DNA of 32,000 bases from Zygophlyctis sp. KS116 (Eukaryota > Fungi > Chytridiomycota), in the NCBI GenBank assembly GCA_054661495.1, contig BAAFSQ010000058.1:16891-48890 (forward strand), written 5' to 3'. Position 1 is the first letter of the stretch; each line of letters opens with the position of its first letter. The notes below the pieces were generated by a model, which was given only the letters and a program-made list of their open reading frames with translations, was not told the DNA's origin and did no database searches. This document shows positions 15,045-25,958 of this stretch, piece after piece. A program made the position numbers and the translations under genes.

Positions 15045-16084
15045 ATGAGTATTTGCTCCTCGAATAAAGACTGTTTATCTACTGAAACATGCATTGCTTC
15101 CAAATGCGCAGTGCAGCAGACTAACCAATTGTCTACGGGTGCATATATAGGAATTGGAGTAGGAGCGGTTGTCGTTTTAGGAATCATCATTGCAATTTGT
15201 GTTCGTAGTAAAAGATCAAACAAGCGAAACAAATATTCTGAATCTCTGGATAAAGCTAAAAATTCACAGGATCAAGGACCTGCACCTCTGCCGAGAGGAT
15301 ATATGAAACCTGTAGACTTGCTGCAAGTTGCAGAGCAAAATAGGAGAATGGAGGAAGTGGAGCAGTTACAAATGATTCAGAAGCAAAATCAACTTTATAA
15401 AACTCAGCAAATGTATCAGACCGAGGCTCTAGATGGTCGCTTTGTAGCAGTTCCAGTAAATCAGGTTTATGAATTTTCTCAGAATTCTCCAGTTTTGCAG
15501 ACTGTAAGGTCTAATAATCCCAATTCAGCTCAATATATAGAACAAGAACAATATGGATCTACGTATTCGCATCCTGGTAAATTTTAGAAAATTTAAATAT
15601 AGGTATGCCTCCCGTTGCTCAAACTTTTTCTGCTAATCCTTACAAGGCAAATAATGGAGTTGTGAGAAATGGATATATCCAAGGGGCTCCTGCTCCTGTA
15701 AATATAGTTGGGACACCTCAGTATATGATGTCTAATAGTTTTGAACCTAATCAGAGTGCTTCACCAAAGTTATATGTAGATCAAGATGGAAATCCATATT
15801 CCTATCCAGGTAATTTATCTAAATTCAAGTTAAAAGTTGCACCAAAAAGATCTGAATCTCCTCAGAAACTTCAGTCAAGACCTTCCAATTCTAGTATTGG
15901 TTCTAAAAGCAAAAACTTTGATATACCTCAAAGAATTATAGTAGGAGGGTCTCCTCAGTCTCCTGATAAATCAAATAATGCAAGTTTAGTGCCTGGTCGT
16001 CGTGACTCTTCTGTCTCTAGCAATAGCGTAAGATCTGGAAAGAATCTTCCCAGTCTTCCAACAGTTCAAAATAATTTTTCTTGA
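15045..16084 (+). CDS. Orphan single-pass membrane protein: 4-Cys N-terminal module, TM helix, Q/P/S-rich cytoplasmic tail
   Basis: C-x5-C-x5-C-x4-C, then GAYIGIGVGAVVVLGIIIAICV followed by basic RSKR; two ORFs joined by a 26-nt GT-AG intron. Confidence 0.7.
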
Positions 16085-16119
16085 TTTTTTTAATACTGTA
16101 AAAATAAAACACAAATACT

Positions 16120-17371
16120 CTATAGCAAAACTACTTTATTCAATGAAAAATCAGAATCAGGATGCATGCCTGTAGGAACCAAATAACCTAAAATTACAAA
16201 GAGTCAAACTTACAATTCCTTTCATCAATCAAATCAAAATCTAAATTTGGTATTGATCCATCTGGTAAACATCCAATAGGAACATTCCACGATGACTCAA
16301 CAGCCTTGGACCATCTTGCCTCTCCAGAATCACTTATTATCTTTAAATCCCTAGAAAAAGCATGGATTTCTTTAATTCTTTGATCCAACTCTTCTAGTTC
16401 ACCAGAAAATACCGACTGAGAAAAGTTACAATAATCCAGATTAATATCATCAGAAAAAGACAACACAGAACCAAAAATCCGCTGCAATTCTGGAGATGAG
16501 ACAATCAACTTTTTAAGTAATAAAACTGTAAAATCTGAAATTTGTGAATTTGCCAACAATTCCAATACTAATCTTGGATTCTTTCTGATTACTAAATTCT
16601 TTTGCAATAACCATAAAGCCCATTTTTCTATAAAAAATTTAGTAAAATTAAATTACCAAAACTCCTTAATCTTGAATCTTGAAAACTTTCAATCAGCCTT
16701 TTAAAGAATAATATTGTAAATCCTTTCCATTCTTTTTCAAATAACTTAAAAGCATCATCCCATATAGACAATGTTTCAGGCTCATATTCCAATAAAAAAT
16801 CAATAAATACCATTAAATCCCTCCCATCACTTATTCTAGAAATTACAGAATTAATCTTTGAGTCTTTGAAATTTTTGATAGTTTTAAGAGTATTAAAAAA
16901 CTCTTGACATTCTAATTTAGAAAAAGAATACTGACAAGCCCAATAATTCCTATAAATCCAATCCAAAGCTTGATCAGTTGCACTTCTTAATAATTCCAAA
17001 GAAGGAAGTTGATCATGTGTAGCAGAGTGTCTAATTTCCACAAACCAAACCGGCAATCCAATATTCTCTGCAACTCCCGTCATACTCTTTGCAGCCATTC
17101 CTTGAGCCTGATCCAGTATTCCATTAACAAATCTAATCATTGCCATTGAATATAGCAATCGCAATGCATTATCCGACTCCATTTTAAACTGGTCTTGCAT
17201 TTGAATTTCAACAAAATCAAAAGTAGCTTGTACAGCCAATGGAATTTTGGACCTTGATTTCCAAGATTGAATTCTCTCTAAAGCCATTCTTCGCTTTGAA
17301 AGATCGATAGAGTAAATCCATTCAAAAACATCTCTAAACTCACACTGACTGATCCATGGAGTGATTCTCAT
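16120..17371 (-). CDS. LAS1: Las1 pre-rRNA HEPN endoribonuclease
   Basis: MRITPW...W.SR...LRLLYSMAMIRFVNGILD...LPVWFVEIRHSATHDQLPSL (HEPN RHxxTH) and C-terminal W...PIG.LP; 2 microintrons. Confidence 0.92.
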
Positions 17372-17416
17372 TCTGCACTCCGCCACCTGAGCCCGTCAAT
17401 TATTCAATTGTGGCAC

Positions 17417-17443
17417 TGACAGTGACAGTGACAGTGACAGTGA
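17417..17443 (+). repeat. (TGACAG)4 hexanucleotide tandem repeat in a divergent intergenic region
   Basis: tgacag tgacag tgacag tgacag tga seen directly. Confidence 0.9.
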
Positions 17444-17486
17444 GTGTTTTTAACAATTATAGAACCGCTAGACATCATATTATACA

Positions 17487-17987
17487 ATGAATCCATCAGA
17501 CAAAATTCTAAAAGGAATTTCATTAAAAGAGCAAGGAAACGCTTGTTTTAGTAAAGGAGAATATACAAATGCTCTAAAATTATATCATGAAGCCATATGC
17601 TACTTGAAAGGACTAGATTCTGGACAATTTGAATCTTTTTCTAATCAGAAAATCTCTAATAATGACAAGTCAGTCCTTAAATTAGAATTAGAAAAGATTA
17701 AAAGTAATATGTCTGCTGTGTATTTGAAATTACAAAAGTATCAAAAAGTAATTGATTTATTATCAGATTTGGGTAATGATGATGCAAAAGGATTTTATAG
17801 AAGAGGGACGGCTTTTAAAGACTTGAAAATGTTTGATAAAGCTTTACAAGACTTGAAAAAAGCTGCATTATTGTTACCAATGGATAAAGGGATAAGAACT
17901 AGTTTAGAATTAGTATTGGAAGAATTAAAAATTCAGGATTCAAGATCAAATCAGGATTTAAAGGATAAGTTGGGAGGAATATTTTAG
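17487..17987 (+). CDS. TPR-repeat protein (TTC9-like)
   Basis: LKEQGNACFSKGEYTNALKLYHEA and KGFYRRGTAF...KALQDLKKA match the TPR consensus; intronless, 166 aa. Confidence 0.8.
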   Translation: MNPSDKILKGISLKEQGNACFSKGEYTNALKLYHEAICYLKGLDSGQFESFSNQKISNNDKSVLKLELEKIKSNMSAVYLKLQKYQKVIDLLSDLGNDDAKGFYRRGTAFKDLKMFDKALQDLKKAALLLPMDKGIRTSLELVLEELKIQDSRSNQDLKDKLGGIF

Positions 17988-17999
17988 TATTTTCCTAAA

Positions 18000-18906
18000 A
18001 TGGTTCATTTGATTGGATTAGGAGCAGTTGGATCATTGTTAACTCATTATATTTCTCCAAAAGTAATTCTAAATAATCGTCAAGTACCCTGTCTAATATT
18101 TTCTTCAATTAAAGGAAAGAGTCCATTAAATTTAAGACTAGATACAGGACAAGATGAGATTAAGGATTTAATAGTTACAACAAAAGCTAATCATACTATA
18201 GAAGCTCTAAAACCTTTGATTCCAAGATTATCTACAAATAGCACAATCTATCTCTTTCAGAATGGAGGACTATCTGTACGTGATGAATTGAGTATTTACG
18301 AGTTGTACTAAGAAAATAGTCGAATCTGGATTATTCCCTTGTCCGATAAGTCTAGTGTCTAATTCACATGGAGTAACAAGAGATAATAATAATATTATAC
18401 ATACCGGACTTGGATCTATATTTATAGGAGAATGTGGAAATCTACCAAAATTGTTATCAAGAATACAATGTTTAGATGTAAATGTTGTATCAGAAGGAAC
18501 TCTTAATAAGCAATTATATTTGAAATTAATAGTAAATTCAGTTTTAAATTCTTTAACTGGACTATATCAAGTTAAAAATGGTATTATCGTTGAAACTCTA
18601 TCTTTTTATCCGATTATACAGGATCTAGTTAAGGAATGTTGGCCAGCAGTTCAAATGCATTTAGAGGATATGTCTCCAATTCAAGTTGTGGATTTGATTC
18701 TAAGCATTGCTTCTAAAACTGCAAAAAATAATAATTCAATGCAGCTTGATATTGCATTAGGAAAAGAATCAGAAATTGATTATATTTTAGGATACTTGAT
18801 TCAAACAGCCCATAGACAAAAATTATCTTTACCAAAATTTCAATTATTGTATCAACTAGTAAAGTCAAAGGCTGAATTAATCAAGAGATTCAAGAAACCT
18901 GTTTAA
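18000..18906 (+). CDS. PAN5: 2-dehydropantoate 2-reductase (ketopantoate reductase, ApbA/PanE family)
   Basis: HLIGLGAVGSL Rossmann motif, IVTTKA, FQNG, KLIVNSVLNSLT and NSMQLD...ESEIDYILGY; one 28-nt intron. Confidence 0.88.
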
Positions 18907-19505
18907 TTAGATCAAATAATAGCAGCATGGGTAATCCACGAATAGAGTACTCATCGCCGATTCTTTTATCAAGATAAGGATAGATAATTTCTAATTTTAA
19001 CAAAGCTTTAAATACCATCATCAATCATAAATCCTCCGCAACATTCCATTACTAATCCCTTGTTGACCAAGGCTTCAATGATCTCATCAGGAATCGTTTT
19101 AAAATGTTGAAAAGCAACATCTGTCCCAAAGCATCTTTTAGAATTTACAGTGTTGTAAACAACTAGTCCGGAATGGGTTTCGGCTGGACTTGATGCGTAG
19201 TCTCTAAGAAATGATCTACATTCGTCTTTACTAACTGGCTTTTCTCTAACTTGCCCATTCCAGCTTGTTACTTGATCGCATGCTACAATGATGCATGGGG
19301 ACTGTCCATCGATTTTAGAGATAAGAGCATCCATCTTCGCATGAGCAACCGCCAGAGCATAGTCTGATGGTGAATTCACAAGATTCGGTGCTACGGCTTT
19401 CTCATCAATTGAAGGCTTTAAGACTGTAAATGATATATTATGTTCCTCTAGAATCTTTTTTCTAGATCTAGACGATGATCCAAGAACCAGAGGAAGATGA
19501 TTCAT
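18890..19505 (-). CDS. Maf-family nucleoside triphosphate pyrophosphatase
   Basis: LVLGSSSRSRKKIL, IDEKA, ACDQV, REKP, CGGFMID and final exon SIRGLP; TGA at 18890-18892. Confidence 0.88.
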
Positions 19506-19515
19506 TCTAAATTTC

Positions 19516-20692
19516 TTAAGGGCGAATTTGCTCCACAAAATCATGCCCAGCCACAGATGATATGAATCGAGGAGAAATAGATCGATCAGTTGTCTGAATT
19601 TCTGAAATATCCTCTGCGTTAATATCCTCTTCAAATGAATAATCTTCAGTCAAGTCCAATGGAACTACTCCAGCTGCCTCCATTGAATCGCTTTGAAGTC
19701 TATTAAATGTCTCTTGTAATTCTGGATCCTTTTCCAATTGATTTTCAAGCAAATCTTTATTTAGCTGAGTCAAATTAGGTTTCTTGAAAGAATCAATCGG
19801 CGGTAACTCTCTGGTTAATGGAGCCAACTTTAATGGAGCAAGTCCTTTTAAGCCACCAATTTCTTTTGATTCTTGTTTTGCTAAAGATGGAGTACTATCT
19901 TCAATTGCATTTTTTGATTGTACAGAATTTAGAATAGACGTGTTGGATCTCTGTTGAACTTCGTCTGCCGTAAAATCATTCAAAATCTCATTCAAATCTT
20001 TTTCTGATGGTTCTTGAGAGTCAATCATAGGCTTTGATCCAGATGCAACTTCTGAATCATTTGAAATCACATCAAAAGTTTCAATGATGTCCGAATCTTG
20101 ATCAATTTTATCAATGTCGGTTAGAGGAACCTCTACAGAGTCTTTCTTTTGAGGTAATGGTGGCAATCCCTTTAAGCTAGATAGACCTTTTGATTCATAC
20201 ATACTATCTGTCGTTAATTCAATTGATTTGACATCATTCACTGCAGCGTTTGCTGTGTTAAATGTAACATTTGGGGCTAAATCTCCACTCAATGCCACAC
20301 TCTCTGATATTCTTCTGTTTTCCAATAATTTGTACAATAGTGGATTTTTAATGTCATATTGATATTCCTTTTTAGACAAGTTCTAATTATTCAGAATGTC
20401 CGATTTTTACCTTGAAATTCGTTTCTACTAAAAAAACATCTAGCGTTGCATTTGCATCAAGTGCTTGCAAGCATTCATGAATTACTTGTAATGCTTGTAT
20501 TTCTTTAATATTAATGCGATTGCATTTACCGATATCTGAGCGTGTTGATTTGACCGTATTCTTTGCAGGTTCCAATACTTTAATTACTGAAGCTCTTAAT
20601 TGTGCTTTAATTTTATCCAAAGTCCCATCGGACTGAAGTGTATTCTTTACACTAGATACAAGCTCATTGAATTGGGATTCTTCGATAGTCAT
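19516..20692 (-). CDS. Centrosomal protein CEP43/FOP (FGFR1OP) family
   Basis: N-terminal TLQSDGTLDKIKAQLRASV and LisH-like IHECLQAL...TLDVFLVE, a low-complexity middle, and C-terminal DFVEQ; 2 microintrons. Confidence 0.75.
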
Positions 20693-20777
20693 GTTGATTT
20701 TTTTGGACTTCCGATGCCTCGTTGATAAACTAAAATACTAATAGTACAATGACAATCATAATTTTTGAGTAAACAAT

Positions 20778-21267
20778 CTAATCATTTAAATTAAATGGAC
20801 GATTAAGATCAAGTAATGATTCAGCAGATAGTCCTTGATCGAGTCTGATCCCCCTGAAACTCACTGTTTCCTCTTCATCGTTTATTTTTAAAGTAGGAAG
20901 GGATGTTGACATCCATCTAAAATTAAATAATAAAGCTATACCTGGGCGGCATTGGCTCTGAAGATTCTTCCCTGTCCATGTCTGGAGGTTCAACTCCTCT
21001 TGAACTTGGTAGCTTCATAATGGTAATTGGATCTGCCGCTTTTAGAACTGGCGAAGGCAATAGAATGTCTCCGGAAGGATGTGATTTGTCGCTGTATGCT
21101 CGTTTAATAAAGGTCTTGATAATTCCATAGAGAATATAGAGTAAAACGTTTAATAAAATCAAGGGGAATCCAATAAAGAATATGGGAAGAGAAGAGAGAG
21201 CAGATATTAATAAAATAGGTACAAACGGCAATAATAGGCAAAATAAAAGAATAGATTGTCTCGCCAT
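20778..21267 (-). CDS. Small orphan protein with a long N-terminal hydrophobic segment
   Basis: ATG 21267, about 45 hydrophobic residues, and a 25-nt GT-AG intron joining the two track ORFs to TAG at 20778. Confidence 0.6.
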
Positions 21268-21280
21268 ACAAAATTAAAAA

Positions 21281-23001
21281 TTATTGATGATCGCTTTCAC
21301 TAACTTCTAATTCATGCTCATCAAACCATTTGCTTTGGTTTCTTAGTGAATGATTTAAATAACGGATTGATTCTTTTCCTTGCTCTTTCCAATTTTGAAT
21401 TTGAGTTTGACTAAGGCGTGATGTGTATTGAAAAAATGCAGCAAATGCTTTTGTAATATTAGAAACTGCCCAAATCCCCACTCTATACAGTCCTCGATTA
21501 ATTTCTGCATTATCTTGAGACAGTTTTGCTAATGCACGGCCAGTTTCTTCAGATAATATATCCACCAAACCAGATGAATATACATCCCAGCTCCCATTAA
21601 AGTTATTCTATTTCATTAATAAATTTTTATATTACAAGATCCATTCTCGAATCAAATGAAAGTTCGACAGAAGTTCTATGTGCATTTAAATATCCAACAA
21701 TTGGTCTAATTAGAGCTGAACTCATGTAAGAAAGTTCAGGAGTTTTACTGGGAACTTGAGCTTTTAAATCACTCATCTTTAGATTCCAAAACATGTACAC
21801 AGAAGGAGGTCCATTTGAAGGTGGGTATAAAGATACTTCATTCTTTTTAGAGTCTACAATTTCCTGTGGATGACGAGTCCCATAATTTCTTATAGCTTTT
21901 CTTAAAGCAACTTGTCTTATAGCTTCTCTTTCAGGATGATTATTTACGATTTCTTCAATTTTACCAAGTGCAGACGTCCTAATTGCACTTATTTCAGACC
22001 TTACTAATTGTAAAATATCTTCATATGGTAGTCTTTGAGGAATCAAAACTGAAACTTCTAAATCAATTTTTCCTTTAGTTAACCACGAAAATGGACCAGT
22101 TGTAACTTGCTGAACCAAATGTTCAATAGATAATCCATTCAATTTTAAATTAATCATTTTTGCCCAAGGTCCTCTAACTTCATCTTCAAGAACTAGATCA
22201 GATCTTTGAGGTTTATGAGTTGAGAACAAAACCCCATCTATCACCCCAACCATTGGCGATGCACACATAAAATCATATAATGCCCATTGTTTCCTAAAAA
22301 GTGGTAATTGAGCACTAAAAATAGATAAATGAAAAGGTCTAAAATTTGGATTTTTTACCGTTATTAGTAAATCACCAATTTCCAAACCTTCAAGTTCAAA
22401 ATCACCTTGAATTAACTTAAAATAAAATACCAAAGGCCTGATTCCTTCTTATCGGCTTCCAATCTTCTTCCCAAACAATATGTCTTCTATCTAGAGTACC
22501 TCGAACTCCAGTAAGTTTTACTTTTTCTATAAATCCTTTTCCTTCAAACCATCTTTTTAGAGACAAATTTAAATCTATAGACTTGATTGATAAATCCCAA
22601 TAAGCCCAATTAGGATCGACATGATCTATATTCATTCCTTTATATTTAAGAAATTCTATCCATGTTTCCATATTATATTTTATAGATACGTTTTCTAGAC
22701 GAAGCGTAGTATTCCATCTCGGCACAATAGCTGATTCATACTCCAAAAAAATTCCAGATGTTAGAACAACTTGTTCGGATACTTTCTTTGCATACCATTC
22801 ATTTAGCGGTATATATAGTGTAGAGATTGATATTAGAGTTGTCGGATTAGATAGTGCCACTAGCGAGCTGATAACAGCGACAGCAGAACCCAAGCCCAGC
22901 TTTTGTTCAAACGATAACTTTGCATTTGTCCCTCTAATGACTTTACTAAATTTAGATCGAAGGAGTAGAAATTCACTGAATAGTTTGCTGGATCTATTCA
23001 T
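21281..23001 (-). CDS. MDM31: Mitochondrial inner-membrane protein of the Mdm31/Mdm32 family
   Basis: ESAIVPRW, L.RWFEGKG, GVRGTLDRRH, GDFELE, FRPFHLSIFSAQLP.FRKQW, SALIRPIVGYLN and FNGSWDVYSSGL; 2 microintrons. Confidence 0.9.
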
Positions 23002-23011
23002 TAAAATTTGA

Positions 23012-23704
23012 ATGAGATCAAACAATCGCTTACATAATCAGATCAGAACAATCTCATGCTCAACAGGCATTTTGAATGCAGCGGATGGATCGGCAAAGTT
23101 CTCTTTGGGAAACTCTTCCATCATTGCTGGAGTCTTTGGTCCTGTTCCTGTTCCGATCAAATTAGAAAAGATTGACTCTGCTCAAGTAGTTGTAAGTTTA
23201 GATCCATTATCTGGAACTGCTGGAGTGTCAGAAAAGACTTTGGCTGATCAAATCAAAAACTCTATTATTGCCATGATTAATAAGTGTTTATTTCCTAGAT
23301 CAAGTATTCAAATTAATTTACAAATATTGGCTCAAGATGGTTTAATATTACCAGTTGCACTTAATGCAGCTATTTTAGCTTGTATAGATGCAGGTATTCC
23401 GATTAATGGAATGGTTGGGGCGATTTCAATATGTGTTAACGGTAAAGGAGAAATACTTTTAGATCCAGATCAGGGAGAAATAGAGTCTTGTGTTTCAAGA
23501 CATGTGTTTGCATTTGAAGAAAAATCTAATCAATTAGTATTACAAGAATCTTGGGGATCATTTTCAATTCAGGATGTAAATTATATTTTTTAAAAATTAT
23601 AGATTAAAATTCTGCAAGAAATGGGGATGGCATCTAGCAAAAAGATTTTGGATTTCATTAGAGCAGCAATTCAAAAGAAATATTCAAGACTTTTGGAATC
23701 ATAA
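23012..23704 (+). CDS. RRP46: Exosome RNase PH-ring subunit Rrp46
   Basis: ADGSAKF, IAGVFGP, FPRSSIQINLQILAQDG, NAAILACIDAGIP and LLDP...E; one 27-nt intron. Confidence 0.85.
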
Positions 23705-23712
23705 AATTCAAT

Positions 23713-24631
23713 TTAATCAACTTTTAAAAGATAATTTCCAGAACCATTATTAGATCCACCTCCTGGAAGATACGTAACATTTTTAGAGTTTGCAAGAGTT
23801 GAAGCAATCTCCTTAGCTGCTTGAATTCTTCTTAATTCTAAATGAGCTTGTCCTGATTTAGCATATGCACTTGATAAAAGAGATGCAGCTGCAGATTCTC
23901 CTTCAGCTCTAATGATTCCAGCCATTTTTTCTTGTTCTGCCTTTTCAACAACAAATCTAGCTCTTTCTGCTTCTTGTTGTGCAATAACTTTTTGTTCAAC
24001 AGCAGCAGTAAAGTCTTGACCAAATGTCAAATGAGTCTATAATTTTAAATTTTAAATTTTTACAATTGAAACATCTTCCAAAACAATATTGAATTCTGCA
24101 GCTCTCTTTAATAAATCGTCTCTAATTCTACCAGATACTACTTCTCTTTGAGTAATCAATTCAGATGCATCAAATTGTGCAACAATAGATTTCAATACCT
24201 AATATTTACAGATAATTAAATTACTTCATTCCCAATCGATGGAAGTACTCGATCATCAAAATCCAAACCTAAATTTGAATAGATTGATGGCAATTGCTCC
24301 TCATCAGGATGACTTAATACTCTAAGAGTCAATGATACCATTTGCATATCCTTTGATCCCGTTGTAGTACTAATATTTCGAGGTCTAGTTCGAACATCAA
24401 AGACTATTGGCTTTTGCAGCCATGGAAACAAGAAATGAGTTCCTTCTGGAATTATCGAAGGCATAATCCCTCGAACTCGATCAAATATAATTGCTCGATG
24501 GCCTCCATCAACTAAATGTAAACGATCAAGGAGGAATTACCAGTGTAAAGAGATAATTGAATTCCCGATGCTGCTATAGCAAGCGGAACAGACCATTTAG
24601 CTAAAATATCTAAAGTTCTTTGTGCCGACAT
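23713..24631 (-). CDS. PHB1: Prohibitin 1
   Basis: [48 protein letters not shown] and [17 protein letters not shown]; 3 microintrons. Confidence 0.95.
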
Positions 24632-24775
24632 TCTCTAAATCTTGAGCAAAAAACTGATCACCTTGACCTTCACTTGATTCTTCTTTTCAAGGCCTTTGCT
24701 CAATGTCTACAAATTAATGATTCAAGATTTCTTTAATAAAACTAAACTAAAAATACTCTTTAAAAAATCTATTGA

Positions 24776-25332
24776 TTATTCTCTTCGCACAATGAGTACA
24801 GGACAGTGTACATGATGCATCAAAAAATCAGATGTACTTCCAATCAATGCTCTTAAATATCAAAAACCAATAAAAATACCTAGAGAGTGCATTCACACCA
24901 CGACTACCAATTATTAGCATATCAGTATTCAATTCTTCAACTTTTCGAGTAATTTCATCTCTTGCATCACCTCTAAGAGAAATTGCTTTCACTGCAAAAT
25001 TCATAGATTTCAAAAGAGCAGCAGCCTTTTTTAAGATTTCATGAGAATGCTTTCGATGTTCTTCTTCAATTCTTCCAGTTAAAGGATTCAAAAAACTAAT
25101 ATCAGTATCTATTCCCTTTATGCTTCGGACATTTAACAAGACAACTAAATCAGTGTCCGATCGAAGAATGTTTTTAGTGGCTTTATATTTAAATATTAGA
25201 AATACCCCATTTTAAAGCATGTTCTGAATGCTCTGATTCATCAATTCCCAGAGCTACAATCCGATTTACATGAGGATGTGCATCATCATGCAAAATATCC
25301 TCATGTTTGATTGGATGATTTGAATCTACCAT
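24776..25332 (-). CDS. Universal stress protein A-like (copy 1)
   Basis: RIVALGIDESEHSEHALKWA, GDARDEI and MLIIGSRG...IGSTSDFLMHHVHCPVLIV; 2 microintrons. Confidence 0.92.
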
Positions 25333-25394
25333 TTTTTGAATTTGTAATGCTCAACCTCAAACTACAAAGAATTTTCATGAGCAAATTTATTCCT

Positions 25395-25856
25395 TTAAGC
25401 AACTGAAATTCTCTTTGGTTGAGGCTCTGCTTTTTTCTGAATTTTCATTTCTAAAACTCCATTTTTGAATTCTGCTTTAATTTGAGACTGATCTGCATCA
25501 ATCGGAAGAGAAATAACACGGCAATATTTTCCAATATTTCTTTCTCCCAGTACATTTTTAAACTTTTCATACTCTTTAAGATCACTGGTTTGTCCTTCAA
25601 CATGAAGATTTCCGCCTCTCATTTCAGCAGTCACATTTTCTTTAGGAACACCAGGAAGATCAATATGAATTCTCCAGGAATCTTTTGCATCATAAATATC
25701 CATTCTAGGAGTAAGTAGAGTTTCTCCAGTTGATATGTCCCGACGAGATTGAGATACGGGCATATTTGAGAATGATCTGAAAGGATCAGACATAAATCTA
25801 TTTAATTCATTCATCATATCAGACATTGGATCAGTAGAAAATCTTCTAATTGACAT
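25395..25856 (-). CDS. Small heat-shock protein (Hsp20/alpha-crystallin domain)
   Basis: PRMDIY, DLPGV.KE, ERNIGKY.R.ISLP, AEFKNGVLE and C-terminal ISV motif; intronless. Confidence 0.95.
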   Translation of the reverse strand: MSIRRFSTDPMSDMMNELNRFMSDPFRSFSNMPVSQSRRDISTGETLLTPRMDIYDAKDSWRIHIDLPGVPKENVTAEMRGGNLHVEGQTSDLKEYEKFKNVLGERNIGKYCRVISLPIDADQSQIKAEFKNGVLEMKIQKKAEPQPKRISVA

Positions 25857-25958
25857 TTTTAAAAAACGCTTGAAAGTCTCTCTATTTATAGTTTATCATG
25901 AAGCTTTGGGAAAAGTCTCTGATCTGAAAAGTTTCTCAAGCGCTTAGGAAGTGATTAC
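25857..25958. promoter_or_regulatory. Bidirectional Hsp20/TSPO promoter with TATA box and HSE-like element
   Basis: TATAAA on the - strand at 25885-25890, alternating tGAAg cTTTg gGAAa aGTCt at 25899-25918, and three GAAA(A)GTYTCT copies. Confidence 0.5.

Noticed and set aside
19506-19634. N-terminal extension of the Maf ORF overlapping the CEP43 3' end
   Set aside because: Non-ATG start in the ORF track; Maf homology begins right after ATG 19505.
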